64,000 nt of DNA from an uncultured delta proteobacterium (GTDB lineage: Bacteria; Desulfobacterota; Desulfobaccia; Desulfobaccales; 0-14-0-80-60-11). The translations under genes were made by a program, and so were the position numbers. Within the stretch, counting starts at the first letter, position 1. Every line of letters starts with the position of its first letter. Below the pieces are notes generated by a model. It ran no database searches and was not told the DNA's origin. It worked only from the letters and a program-made list of their open reading frames with translations. Where the stretch lies: NCBI GenBank assembly GCA_963812015.1, contig CAWETI010000002.1, forward strand, positions 256,001 through 320,000, read 5' to 3'. Shown here in pieces: positions 20,255 to 30,502 of this stretch.

Positions 20255-21274
20255 ATGATGAATATATCGCCTGGTTTCCCCGGAGACGCCTCACCCACCC
20301 CCTGGCTCAACCCTGCCGCCCTGCTGAGCGTGCGCGACCTCACGGTCAATTTCGCCGCGGAACGGGGCTTGGTCCAGGCCGTGGCCGGGGTGAGTTTCGA
20401 TCTGGCGTCCGGCGAGACCCTGGGCCTGGTGGGGGAATCGGGCTGCGGCAAGACCGTCACCGCCATGTCCATCCTGCGGCTGCTCCAGACTCCTCCGGCG
20501 GAGGTGACCGGCGAGATCCGCTTTCAGGGGGAAGACCTGGCCCGCTGCCCGGAGGCCCGTATGCGCCAGATCCGGGGCAACCGCATCGCCATGGTCTTCC
20601 AGGAACCCATGACCGCGCTCAACCCGGTCCTCACCATCGGCGAGCAGGTGGCCGAGGCCCTGCGCCTCCACCGGGGCTTATCCCATCCGGAGGCCTGGCG
20701 GGAAGCGGCCGCGGCCCTGGCCCGGGTGGGCTTCCCCGATGCGGGCCGGCGTTTGGGGCAGTATCCGCACCAGCTCTCCGGGGGGTTGCGCCAGCGGGCC
20801 CTCATGGCCATGGCCCTGGCCTGCGACCCCGAACTGCTCATCGCCGATGAGCCCACCACCGCCCTGGACGTGACCATCCAGGCCCAGATCCTGGCCCTGC
20901 TGGCCAAACTCAAGGCCGAATTGGGCCTGGCGGTGTTGTTCATCACCCACAACCTGGGGATCGTGGCCCAGACCGCCGACCGGGTGGCGGTGATGTATGC
21001 CGGGGTCATGGTGGAGGAGGCCCCCACCCCGGAACTCTTCCGCGCCCCGTCCCACCCCTATACCCAAGGACTCCTGGGCTCGGTGCCCCGGCTGGATTTC
21101 CGGCATCCTCCCGGGGAGAGCCTCGCCGCTATTCACGGCCACCTGCCGGCGAAGCCCCCTTCGGGCTGCCTCTTTCGGGACCGCTGCCCCCTGGCCCATG
21201 ACCGCTGCCGGGAAGCCCCCCCCTGGGTGGAGGTGACCCCCGGCCATACGGTGCGGTGTTGGAATTATGTCTGA
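20255..21274 (+). CDS. Oligopeptide/dipeptide ABC ATPase (OppD/DppD-like)
   Basis: GESGCGKT, YPHQLSGG, DEPTTALD, HPYT, C-terminal Cys cluster; start uncertain. Confidence 0.93.
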   Translation: MMNISPGFPGDASPTPWLNPAALLSVRDLTVNFAAERGLVQAVAGVSFDLASGETLGLVGESGCGKTVTAMSILRLLQTPPAEVTGEIRFQGEDLARCPEARMRQIRGNRIAMVFQEPMTALNPVLTIGEQVAEALRLHRGLSHPEAWREAAAALARVGFPDAGRRLGQYPHQLSGGLRQRALMAMALACDPELLIADEPTTALDVTIQAQILALLAKLKAELGLAVLFITHNLGIVAQTADRVAVMYAGVMVEEAPTPELFRAPSHPYTQGLLGSVPRLDFRHPPGESLAAIHGHLPAKPPSGCLFRDRCPLAHDRCREAPPWVEVTPGHTVRCWNYV

Positions 21275-22226
21275 ACTGCTAAAGGCCCAAGATTTAAGCT
21301 GCTACTTCCGCCTGGCCGGTCCCTGGGGCCGGGGGCCGGTGCTCAAGGCGGTGGACGGGGTGAGCTTCGCCCTGACCCCCGGGGAAACGTTGGGCCTGGT
21401 GGGGGAGTCCGGCTGCGGCAAATCCACCCTGGGCCGCCTGGTCCTGGCCCTTTTGCCTCCCACCCGGGGCCGGATCGTCTTCGCCGGGGAAGACCTGGGC
21501 CACATCTCCCGCCATCGTCTCAAGGAGCTGCGGCGCCAGATCCAGATCATCTTCCAGGACCCCTATTCTTCCCTTAACCCCCGCATGACCGTGGGCCAGA
21601 TTTTGGAAGAGCCCTTTGTCATCCATAACCTGGGGCGCCGCCCGGAGCGCCGGGCCTGGGTGGAGGAGCTCCTCGGGGAGGTGGGGCTCACCCCTGACGT
21701 CGCCGACCGTTATCCCCACGAATTCAGCGGCGGCCAGCGCCAGCGCCTGGGGATCGCCCGGGCCCTGGCCCTCAAACCCCGGCTCATCGTGGCGGACGAG
21801 CCCGTCAGCGCCCTGGACGTCTCCATCCAGGCCCAGATTCTCAATCTTCTGGCGGAGCTGCAACAGCGCCACGGTCTCACCTATCTGTTCATCTCCCACG
21901 ACCTGAGCGTCATCTCCCAGATCAGCAACCGGGTAGCAGTGATGTACGTGGGCCGGCTCATGGAGATGGCCACCCGGGAGGTGTTGGCCGCCGCCCGGCT
22001 CCACCCCTACACCGAGGCCTTACTCGCGGCAGTGCCCCGGCCCACCCCGGAGCGGACCTTCAAGCCCCCGGTCCTCAAAGGGGAGCCCCCCAGCCCGGTC
22101 AACGTCCCCCCGGGCTGCCCCTTTCATCCCCGTTGCCCCGAAGCCCAAATGCCCCTCTGCGGCGAAACGGTCCCGTCCTTCAGGGAGACCGCCCCGGACC
22201 ATTGGGTCGCCTGTCACTTCCGCTGA
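21267..22226 (+). CDS. Oligopeptide/dipeptide ABC ATPase (OppF/DppF-like)
   Basis: GESGCGKS, YPHEFSGGQRQR, DEPVSALD, CPFHPRC. Confidence 0.93.
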   Translation: MSELLKAQDLSCYFRLAGPWGRGPVLKAVDGVSFALTPGETLGLVGESGCGKSTLGRLVLALLPPTRGRIVFAGEDLGHISRHRLKELRRQIQIIFQDPYSSLNPRMTVGQILEEPFVIHNLGRRPERRAWVEELLGEVGLTPDVADRYPHEFSGGQRQRLGIARALALKPRLIVADEPVSALDVSIQAQILNLLAELQQRHGLTYLFISHDLSVISQISNRVAVMYVGRLMEMATREVLAAARLHPYTEALLAAVPRPTPERTFKPPVLKGEPPSPVNVPPGCPFHPRCPEAQMPLCGETVPSFRETAPDHWVACHFR

Positions 22227-22670
22227 GGGCAGCCTAAGGGAGAAAATTGCCTGGCGGCGGGGGGGCCCTACGGGGGTCCTGACTCTGAAAAAATCTCCCC
22301 CCCATTCCGAAAGCCCTGATTCGGCGACTTAGATCATACCCGCACCTACTCATTTCTTTTCCCTACAAAAAAAATTTCCTCTATTACCCTGCACGAAGAT
22401 GGCAGGTGCAGGTCGTCACGGTTTGCCCAGGGGGCACCATTGCCGGAATTCCCTGAAACGAGAGATATAATCGCCACTTGGAATTAGACTGCCGGGCCGG
22501 CAGGGCACCTAACATTTGGCGCCGAAACGTATCTAAGCTGTTAAGAAATGATGAGCTTGACCAGGTCACTTTGGCGTTGAAGTCACAGCAAGAAGAACGC
22601 TTAAGACTAAAAGCCACGCCGGAGACTGATCCCTCATCATGGGGAAAAAAATACACCTTGAGAGGTCTAT

Positions 22671-23114
22671 ATGAAAAAGTTAAGTTTGATCCTCGTCCTA
22701 TCAATTTTGCTGACTGGGGGCGCAATCGGCGCAATGTCTTCACTCTGTCATGCCCAGGTCTATGTGCCTCCGCCCCCGCATCCTGTCGCGACACCTTGGG
22801 TTGGCCCTAATACGCCGTGGGTCTTTTACAATGGGGATTGGTTTTTAAATGGCATGCTGTATTATTTTTTCGGCAATAGATATGGATGGGCCCCATATTA
22901 CGCTTATGGTCCCACCTATATTGCCAGACCCACTAACTGGTATGCGCCGCGGTGGAATGCGTGGTATCAGAAACATCCTAATTACTGGGATAATTTTCAT
23001 CGCAATTATCCCTATTGGCGCGGGCATCAATATGGTCGTCATTATGATGAACATTTTTATAATACGTACCATCGTGGCCAAGGCGGAGGTTGGCATAAAG
23101 GATTCCATGATTAA
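22671..23114 (+). CDS. Exported Trp/Tyr/His-rich hypothetical protein
   Basis: GAGG RBS, signal peptide, aromatic low-complexity mature part, strong terminator downstream. Confidence 0.75.
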   Translation: MKKLSLILVLSILLTGGAIGAMSSLCHAQVYVPPPPHPVATPWVGPNTPWVFYNGDWFLNGMLYYFFGNRYGWAPYYAYGPTYIARPTNWYAPRWNAWYQKHPNYWDNFHRNYPYWRGHQYGRHYDEHFYNTYHRGQGGGWHKGFHD

Positions 23115-23199
23115 ATCTATAATCGAGCCCACCCGGATGGACGCCGCTAAGGAGGAGTATGGGTAAGAACGAAGAACCCTAATTAACCAAACTTAAATC

Positions 23200-23238
23200 G
23201 GGAGGACAATCCTTTCTGAGGATTGTCCTCCCTTTTTT
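23200..23238 (+). terminator. Rho-independent terminator
   Basis: GGGAGGACAATCCT-ttctg-AGGATTGTCCTCCC-TTTTTT. Confidence 0.85.
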
Positions 23239-23524
23239 ATTAAGGGAGTTTTTATTGATCTCACAGGTTAAAAAATATAACTATCGGATATCATATGCGG
23301 ATAATAATTTTCACCGCCATTCAAAATCCTCCAGGGGTTCTGAGCCGGCGCCGCAAAAATGCCGGTGATCGCAGATATTGTTATGCCGGGAATCTGGGAA
23401 AAACTTGGTTTTTCCTTAAATAACGTGCTATCCTCCTTCCCGGGAGAAGGGGGGCAGATCACAGGCCATCAACCCCTAGGCGGATTCAGGAGGAAAAATT
23501 GTTCAGGTTAAAGGGGAGAAAATC

Positions 23525-23833
23525 ATGTCAAAGAATCTATTACTCATAATATTAGTGGGTATATTGGGGGGGTGTTCTGTCAATAATACTGTCGGGCAAA
23601 AATTTGACACTACCGCAGTAAATAGAATTGAACTTGGCAAAACCACAGAAAATGAAGTTATTTCTATGTTGGGAGCGCCAAGCTCGGAAAAAAAGCTCGA
23701 TAATGGAATGGTTGTTTATTATTATTCCTATGGAGATAAAAAAGATTTCGGGGCGGATAGTGCAGTTGATTCCTTGCAAATACAATTATATAATGGGGTT
23801 GTTGTAAATAAATGGCAAAGACTGGCGCATTGA
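23525..23833 (+). CDS. SmpA/BamE-like lipoprotein
   Basis: Lipobox LGGC; GKTTENEVISMLGAP motif; AT-rich. Confidence 0.75.
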   Translation: MSKNLLLIILVGILGGCSVNNTVGQKFDTTAVNRIELGKTTENEVISMLGAPSSEKKLDNGMVVYYYSYGDKKDFGADSAVDSLQIQLYNGVVVNKWQRLAH

Positions 23834-24142
23834 TGAAGATATAGTAACGTCTGGCGGGACGTATGATGCCCTCTCAGCAAGGCAGGCTCAGACAGCTTGA
23901 AGGGGAGAATAGCAAGCTGCGCTATAGATATTTGAGTAATTAACGTTTCCTGCCGGTTAAACCGAAGCAATATATTTCACCATGGTTATCAAAAAGATAG
24001 CTCAAAACGCCCCCCAGCCGAAACGTGGCAGAGCCCCTGATTTATCGTGATCCAATCCCCTGTCCTGGCCAATCCCCCTGACCTGAAGGATGGCCCGGAC
24101 CGGGGCCGGGGGGCCACACCTCGATCCGGGTAAGGGTAGGAT

Positions 24143-24922
24143 ATGGCATTGCACTATGCTATCATCGGCTTGGCTGCGTTCCTGGCCTCGGGTCTGACCC
24201 TGTTCTCCGGGTTCGGCCTGGGCACCCTGCTGTTGCCGGTCATGGCCCTGTTTTTCCCCATCGATCTGGCCATCGCCCTCACTGCCGTGGTCCACGCCCT
24301 GAACAATCTCTTCAAATGCTGGCTGTTGGGCCGGCATGCCGATAGGGCCGTGGTCCTAAAATTCGGCCTCCCCGCCATCCTCAGCGCCATGCTGGGGGCC
24401 CGGCTGCTCCTGTATCTGTCCGACCTCCAGCCGCTGCTCCATTACCAGCTTTGGGGCCGGGAAGCTTACGTCATGCCGGTGAAGCTGGTGGTGGCGGCCC
24501 TCATGGTGGTCTTTGCCCTGTTCGAGCTGGCGCCGCGCCGCGCCCCCCTCGCCCTGACGCCCCGGTATCTCCCCCTGGGCGGGGTGTTGAGCGGCTTTTT
24601 CGGGGGCCTCTCGGGGCATCAGGGGGCGCTCCGTAGCGCCTTTCTCATCAAGGCGGGGCTGACCAAGGAAAGCTTCATCGCCACCGGGGTGGTGATCTCC
24701 CTCCTGGTGGATATCCCCCGGATCGTTTTGTATGGGGTGAGTTTGCCGGAGCTGCACCTGATGGATAACCGCCTGCTGCTGGCCACCGCGGTCCTGGCCG
24801 CCTTCGGGGGCGCCTGGCTCGGGAATCGCTGGCTCAAAAAAGTGACCCTGCGCCTGGTCCAGTCGCTGGTGGCCGTGATGCTCCTGGGCATTGCCGCGGC
24901 TCTGGGGACCGGCCTGATTTAG
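24143..24922 (+). CDS. TauE/SafE (TSUP) family transporter
   Basis: SGFGLGTLL, GFFGGLSGHQGALRSAFL; multi-TM. Confidence 0.88.
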   Translation: MALHYAIIGLAAFLASGLTLFSGFGLGTLLLPVMALFFPIDLAIALTAVVHALNNLFKCWLLGRHADRAVVLKFGLPAILSAMLGARLLLYLSDLQPLLHYQLWGREAYVMPVKLVVAALMVVFALFELAPRRAPLALTPRYLPLGGVLSGFFGGLSGHQGALRSAFLIKAGLTKESFIATGVVISLLVDIPRIVLYGVSLPELHLMDNRLLLATAVLAAFGGAWLGNRWLKKVTLRLVQSLVAVMLLGIAAALGTGLI

Positions 24923-25003
24923 GGATTTGTTTCATTAGTTTCATTAGAGACTGGAGGCGGGCCTGGCGTATCTTAGCGTGGCGTCTAACCGGGAAGGACT
25001 CTG

Positions 25004-25672
25004 ATGCCTTTACCTGCAAATTTTCGGGCTGAGCATCTCGAACCGCCGCCCTGGCTTTACGCCCGCCTGGCCCAGGGTTCCTTGATGCGCCTGATCTACC
25101 GGCTGTTTGTGGCCGACCTGGCGGGGGGCCTGCCCCGGGGGACCCGCCTCCTGGATGTGGGCACCGGCCCCGGCTATCTCCTGGGCTATCTGGCCCGGAC
25201 CCGCCCGGACCTCAACCTCTGGGGCCTGGATTATGCTTACGACATGATCCGCCGGGCCCGGCCCCGGCAAAGGGGCCTGGCCCCCCAGGCGAGGCCCCGG
25301 TGGGTGGTGGCCGACGCCTGCCGTCTGCCGTTTCCCGACGGAGTTTTCGGCCAGGTTATCAGCACCTTCAGTTTCCACATCTGGCCGTGCCCCGTGGCCG
25401 GCCTGCAGGAGCTGCGGCGCATCCTCCAGCCGGGGGGACGGGCCTGGATCTATGAACTGCGCCGGGAAACCTCGCCCCGGGAGCTGCGGGCTTTCGCCCG
25501 GGAGACCGGACTGCCTTTCCCGTTGGTCTACCTGGGATTTCAAGCCGTGCGCTGGCACCATGCCCTGCCGGCGAGAGAATATGCCCACCTCCTTCAGCAG
25601 GCCGCCGGACCCCGGGGGACCCTGCGCCCTGCGCACCACATTTTCTGGCGGGCCGAACTCCAATCGGCCTGA
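25004..25672 (+). CDS. Class I SAM methyltransferase
   Basis: LLDVGTGPG, DACRLPFPD, SFHIW, RILQPGG. Confidence 0.85.
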   Translation: MPLPANFRAEHLEPPPWLYARLAQGSLMRLIYRLFVADLAGGLPRGTRLLDVGTGPGYLLGYLARTRPDLNLWGLDYAYDMIRRARPRQRGLAPQARPRWVVADACRLPFPDGVFGQVISTFSFHIWPCPVAGLQELRRILQPGGRAWIYELRRETSPRELRAFARETGLPFPLVYLGFQAVRWHHALPAREYAHLLQQAAGPRGTLRPAHHIFWRAELQSA

Positions 25673-25675
25673 GCT

Positions 25676-25879
25676 TCAGGGCTTCACCAATTCGAACCCC
25701 GCCGCCTTGATCACCCGGTCTAGGTCTCTCTGGGGGATGGGGGTGGAGTTATCATAGGTCACCCGGCCGCTGGCCAGGTCCACCTTAACGTCGCTCACCC
25801 CCGGCAGACTCGCCACGGCCCTGGTTACGGCGGCGACGCAGTGGGCGCAACTCATTCCTTTAACCGTAATCTCCGGCAT
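25676..25879 (-). CDS. Heavy-metal chaperone (HMA, CopZ-like)
   Basis: GMSCAHCV metal-binding motif; AGGAG RBS. Confidence 0.9.
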   Translation of the reverse strand: MPEITVKGMSCAHCVAAVTRAVASLPGVSDVKVDLASGRVTYDNSTPIPQRDLDRVIKAAGFELVKP

Positions 25880-26208
25880 CAGTCTTCTCCTGATCAAATT
25901 GTGGGGGACCGGCGGCCACCGGGCCGCCTGATCCAGCACCCAGGTATAGTGTAATCATTTTATGGGGGTTGGCAAAGGCCGGCGGGTTATTCCGGGCTTT
26001 CCCGGGGGGGCGCCCGAAAAAAATCCTGGCGGACCGGGCCCGCTGGATCGGTCATGCCAGACCCATCCATTACCGGGACCAGGGCCGCCAGGGCGCCAGG
26101 GATAAGAAAGAGGGGCAAAAACCCCGTGAAACAGGTCCCCCTCAATGCAGGAGAACCCAGCCAGGTCGGGGGACGAGATTCCTGCCGGCTGGCCAACCTG
26201 CCGCCCCC

Positions 26209-26250
26209 AAACAAAAATCCCCAATTCCCTGAACCTGGGAATTGAGGATT
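26209..26250 (-). terminator. Intrinsic terminator, likely the riboswitch expression platform
   Basis: Minus strand ATCCTCAATTCCC-aggttca-GGGAATTGGGGAT-TTTTGTTT. Confidence 0.75.
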
Positions 26251-26318
26251 GCACCCGTCTTGCTTGGTCCTCAAGTCGGCGGCCGGGCCGTGTCGCGCGA
26301 GCCCATCCGTCTATCTTA

Positions 26319-26476
26319 CAGGCAGGTCTTCTGGCTCTTGGATCACCCTAGTCCCCGGCGCCTTCCCGGGGTGTTTCGCCACCCCAGTGGCCTGATGCCG
26401 GTTTCGTCCCCAATTACAGCGGCGGGACCGCGACGGATTCGCACCGTCTTCCCTTTTATCCTGCTGAAACCTATAA
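26319..26476 (-). ncRNA. Cobalamin (AdoCbl) riboswitch
   Basis: Minus strand AGGT..AAAAGGGAAGACGGTGCGAATCCGTCGCGGTCCCGCCGCTGTAA...GCCACTG...GGGAAGGC...GAGCCAGAAGACCTGCC (B12 box). Confidence 0.93.
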
Positions 26477-26487
26477 GTGTATTCTTT

Positions 26488-27372
26488 TTATCCCGTTTTG
26501 CCTGGCGTGTCAAGGGAAATCCCCCGGCGGCCGAATACGAAGGTGTTCCGGTCCACCCCCAGGGCCTGGGCCACGGGGGCGCATTTGGCCTGGAGCAGGA
26601 ACCAGACGCGGGGGTCGCGGAGATGGCTCATGGTCTCGAAATGTCCCATGCCCTTGGCCACGATGAGGCGGGCGGCGTCATACAGCTCCCGGAAGCCGGA
26701 GCTGGCCTCGTGAAGCTGCAGCCCCACGGTCCGGGCCCCGGTGTCCACCACCGGCTCCAGGGCGTCTTTAAGGCCCGAGGCCGCCAGATCTGCGCGGGTG
26801 AGATCGTTCTGGATGGGACCGCCCTTCACCACGTAGAGCACCCGCCCCCCCCGGCGGCGCAGGGCCGACACCAGGGGGCGGTCGAAGAACTGCTCCCCGG
26901 CGTTGTCCGCCAGGAAGAGGATAAGACCGGGAGGGCCGGCAAGCTCCCGGCGAAAGTCCGGCACTGCGGCTAGGCCGAACTCCACCCGGGCCAGCATCTC
27001 CCGGGCCACTTCCGCTTCGCCCCGGAAAAAATCCAGGGCATTGCCCACTGCGGCCAGACGGAGGAGTGACTCCAGGTCATCGCCGTAAGCCGGAGCCAGA
27101 CGCCGGTGCATCCGGGCTGCCAGGGCGGTCTCCGAGGCCTTCCGGGCCGCGAAGGGATCGGCGTTCCCGGAGATGTCCCGGATGGCGCCAAGAACCCGAT
27201 TGGCGATGGCGGCGGGGATGGCGTCCGGGACAAATTCCTGGTCCAGGAGGCGGCGGGCGGCTTGGCGGGCCTGGCGCTGCACCGCCGGGTCCGGAGTGGC
27301 CAGCTCCACGGTGAGAGCCACCAGTCGCTCCAGACAGGCATAACACTCGGGACGAATGGCCATGGGGCGCAT
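26488..27372 (-). CDS. DUF89/ARMT1-like damage-control phosphatase
   Basis: PECYAC, AVGNALD, DNAGE, KGGPIQND, KGMGHFE, LQAKC. Confidence 0.9.
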   Translation of the reverse strand: MRPMAIRPECYACLERLVALTVELATPDPAVQRQARQAARRLLDQEFVPDAIPAAIANRVLGAIRDISGNADPFAARKASETALAARMHRRLAPAYGDDLESLLRLAAVGNALDFFRGEAEVAREMLARVEFGLAAVPDFRRELAGPPGLILFLADNAGEQFFDRPLVSALRRRGGRVLYVVKGGPIQNDLTRADLAASGLKDALEPVVDTGARTVGLQLHEASSGFRELYDAARLIVAKGMGHFETMSHLRDPRVWFLLQAKCAPVAQALGVDRNTFVFGRRGISLDTPGKTG

Positions 27373-27433
27373 GGTTTTTCCTGGTCAGTATCGGCTGCCC
27401 GGGGAGAGTGAGGCGAATCAGGAGCCTTTTAAA

Positions 27434-27610
27434 CTATTCGGATGGTTGATGGTGCTGCTTGCGTTTGAGCAGCCAGTGGTTGAAGATCAGCAGATAAGCA
27501 TAACCGCATCGCCGACAGAGGTAATGCTTGCTGCCGGGTATGCGGCGCATCCAGGGTTTACGCCGGATTCTGGTTAAGGTCTCTTGGCAGCCGGGGCAGT
27601 CCCGGGGCAT
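27434..27610 (-). CDS. Small zinc-ribbon-like protein (58 aa), below ORF-track cutoff
   Basis: MPRDCPGCQETLTRIRRKPWMRRIPGSKHYLCRRCGYAYLLIFNHWLLKRKQHHQPSE; two CxxC motifs. Confidence 0.65.
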   Translation of the reverse strand: MPRDCPGCQETLTRIRRKPWMRRIPGSKHYLCRRCGYAYLLIFNHWLLKRKQHHQPSE

Positions 27611-27976
27611 ACTATCACCAATCCATCAATTTTTTAGGAGTATATCCCTGGCGCTTCCTGTGCCTGGATCACGCCCGGGTTCGCCTGGCGGTAATCCGCC
27701 GGGCGGTGCGGCATCGGTCCAAAAACCCCGCGGTCTGGCGCTTTGGGGCCCCCTGAGCCGGATAAATCAGACTGAAGGACGTAATGTTCCCGGGGCTCTT
27801 GATTAATCATAATGAAGCTTAAGGGAAAATTATGCAATAAAATTGCCACGCCAGAAAACCAGCCGCCGGCAACTTCAAGGAGGTTGACGGCGAGCCCGGG
27901 TCAATCCGATAGCGAGGCCCCGCCGCAGGTGCCGCCCTTGCCAAGCCAGGCGGATTGGTCTATATTTCCGGGAAGA

Positions 27977-28498
27977 ATGGAAAAACCGCTGAGGCTGTCG
28001 GATTTGGACAAAAAGGTGATCCTGGCCCTGCAACGGGACCTGGAGATCTGCCCCCGCCCGTTTCTGGAGGTGGCGGAGCAGTTGGGGATCGGGGAAGAGG
28101 CCTTGCTGGCCGCCATCCGGAGCCTGATGGACCGGAGCTACATCCGGCGGTTCGGGGCCACCCTGCGCCACCAGCAGTCAGGCTACGAGGCCAACGCCCT
28201 GGTGGCCTGGGCGGTGCCCGAGGCCGACCTCAAACGCATCGGCCGGCATCTGGCCGGGCAAAGGGCCGTGACCCACTGTTATGCCCGCCGGCCGGCGCCC
28301 TCCTGGCCGTATACCCTCTACACCATGATTCATAGCCACACCCCGGACGATTGCGTCAAGATCGCGGCCAAGATGGCGGCGGAGACCGGCATCCACGACT
28401 ACGAGTTGCTGTTCAGCGAGACCGAACTGAAAAAGACCACCATGCGGTATTTCAAGGAAGGGGAGGCGCCACCCAACCCTGAAGGGGCTGATCGTTGA
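27977..28498 (+). CDS. ahbB: Siroheme decarboxylase beta subunit (AsnC/NirDL-like)
   Basis: RPF, IRRFGATLRHQ, NALVAW, VTHCYAR, WPYTLYTMIH; adjacent to hemL. Confidence 0.88.
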   Translation: MEKPLRLSDLDKKVILALQRDLEICPRPFLEVAEQLGIGEEALLAAIRSLMDRSYIRRFGATLRHQQSGYEANALVAWAVPEADLKRIGRHLAGQRAVTHCYARRPAPSWPYTLYTMIHSHTPDDCVKIAAKMAAETGIHDYELLFSETELKKTTMRYFKEGEAPPNPEGADR

Positions 28499-28711
28499 GA
28501 GTTTTGAGAACTCCTGGGGGAGGAAGGGCAGGGGCTTTTTCATATTTTTCATAAGTTTTCGTAGTTTTCGTAGTTTTCGTAAGGGTTCCTGCCCCCCCCC
28601 AAACCCTCTCCCCCAACCCACCTATGGGGGAGTCTGAGGGGAGGGTGGGGGACTTGACTTACAAAAAACCCCCCGGTCCTCCCCTCATTATTTAGATTCA
28701 GGAGGCCACTA

Positions 28712-30001
28712 ATGGCACCATGCGAGAAGTCCGAAGAGCTGTTTAAAGCCGCCAGCGAACTCATGCCCGGCGGGGTCAATAGTCCGGTGCGGGCCTGGCA
28801 GGCCGTGGGGCTTACTCCCCGGATCATCGTGAAAGGGGCGGGGGCCCGGGTCTTTGACGTGGACGGCAACTCCTACCTGGATTACGTGGGCTCCTGGGGG
28901 CCCTTGATCCTGGGCCACGCCGCACCTTCGGTGGTGGCGGCGGTGCAGGCGGCGGCGGCCCGGGGCACCAGCTTCGGGGCCCCCACGCCGGGAGAACTTG
29001 ACCTGGCCCGGGTTTTGACCGCGGCGGTGCCGGGGCTTTCCATGGTGCGCTTGGTCAACTCCGGTACGGAAGCCTGTATGAGCGCCCTGAGACTGGCCCG
29101 GGGCGCCACCGGCCGTCCCCGGGTGATCAAGTTCGACGGCTGCTACCACGGCCATGCCGACTCTTTCCTGGTGGCCGCGGGCAGCGGGGTCCTCACCCAC
29201 GCCATCCCCGGCAGTCCCGGGGTGCCCCCGGAGATCGCCGAATTGACCGTCTCCCTGCCCTACAACGACCTGGAGGCGGTGCGCCGGGCGGCGGGGCGGT
29301 ATCAGGGAGAGCTCGCGGCCATCATCGTGGAGCCGGTGGCCGGCAACATGGGAGTGGTGCCGCCTGAGGCGGGTTTTCTGGAGGGCCTCCGGGAGGTGTG
29401 CGACCAGGAAGGAATCATCCTGATTTTCGATGAGGTCATCACCGGTTTCCGGGTGGGCTGGGGGGGCGCCCAGGTGCGTTATAAGGTTATGCCGGACCTC
29501 ACCTGCCTGGGCAAGATCATCGGCGGCGGCCTGCCGGTGGGCGCTTACGGCGGCCGGCGGGACTTGATGGCCCAGATGGCCCCCAGCGGCCCCATTTATC
29601 AAGCCGGGACCCTGTCGGGAAACCCGGTGGCGGTGGCCGCGGGTCTGGCAACCCTGGAGGAGCTTGAAAACCCCGACACCTATGCGTCCTTGGAGGAGAA
29701 AGGCGACTGGCTGGCTCGTGAGTTGACCCACGCCGCCCATCGCCAGGGGGTGATAACGACCATCAACCGGGTGGGGTCCATGCTCACGCTCTTTTTTACC
29801 GGGTCTCCGGTAAGGAATCTGGAGGAGGCCAAGAAATCCGACCTGGGGCAGTTCCGGCAGTTCTTCCAGGGGATGCTCGAAGCCGGGGTTTTGCTGCCGC
29901 CCTCACAATTTGAGGCCTTCTTTGTTTCCCGGGCCCATACGCCGGCAGACCTGGAATATACCGTGGCTGCGGCGGAGCGGGTCTGGAGGACATGGCGGTA
30001 G
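28712..30001 (+). CDS. hemL: Glutamate-1-semialdehyde 2,1-aminomutase
   Basis: MPGGVNSPVR, NSGTEACM, FDEVITGFR, GKIIGGG, YQAGTLSGNP. Confidence 0.98.
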   Translation: MAPCEKSEELFKAASELMPGGVNSPVRAWQAVGLTPRIIVKGAGARVFDVDGNSYLDYVGSWGPLILGHAAPSVVAAVQAAAARGTSFGAPTPGELDLARVLTAAVPGLSMVRLVNSGTEACMSALRLARGATGRPRVIKFDGCYHGHADSFLVAAGSGVLTHAIPGSPGVPPEIAELTVSLPYNDLEAVRRAAGRYQGELAAIIVEPVAGNMGVVPPEAGFLEGLREVCDQEGIILIFDEVITGFRVGWGGAQVRYKVMPDLTCLGKIIGGGLPVGAYGGRRDLMAQMAPSGPIYQAGTLSGNPVAVAAGLATLEELENPDTYASLEEKGDWLARELTHAAHRQGVITTINRVGSMLTLFFTGSPVRNLEEAKKSDLGQFRQFFQGMLEAGVLLPPSQFEAFFVSRAHTPADLEYTVAAAERVWRTWR

Positions 30002-30281
30002 TAATCACCCCGCAGTCCGACGACGACTGCCCCCACCCTCCCCGAGCCCTCCTTAATCCCTTAATAAGGGGGGTGCGCCAACGACATCTCCCCCGGATAA
30101 TCTATGGGCTTTAGGGCGCACCGGGTGCGCCATCTCACCGTCGGCCGCGACCGGCCCCAGCCCCCTATGCCGGTCGCGGCGGATTAGGTTTTCCCTGGTT
30201 ACATGGGGTGAAGCACCCCTGAGATGGGGAGAATTCCCCTTAAAGGGGCAATAACTTAACCCCAAGGGGGCGGGGCCCGGT

Positions 30282-30299
30282 TTGTGAAAAGTTTCATAT
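30282..30299. promoter_or_regulatory. Candidate Rex operator
   Basis: TTGTGAA-aagt-TTCATAT versus consensus TTGTGAA-N4-TTCACAA; about 200 bp upstream of the OFA transporter. Confidence 0.45.
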
Positions 30300-30502
30300 T
30301 CCCAATGATTTTAGTCATTTTCATTGACTGTCGAATTATTTCATGCCTATCATGTGCTTGGCAGGCACCTTGCACTCTTCAACACGATATAAAACTTTCC
30401 CGAGAAGGAGGTGGGGGTCGAGTAGCAGGGAAACCGAATTGGCACTCCTTAACCAAATAACCCGCAAGTTTTTATCATCTTATTATCTTCAGGAGGGATC
30501 TC

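Noticed and set aside
28540..28582. GTTTTCGTA x3 microsatellite as a phase-variation switch
   Set aside because: Intergenic, within a repeat-like element, with no evident promoter overlap.
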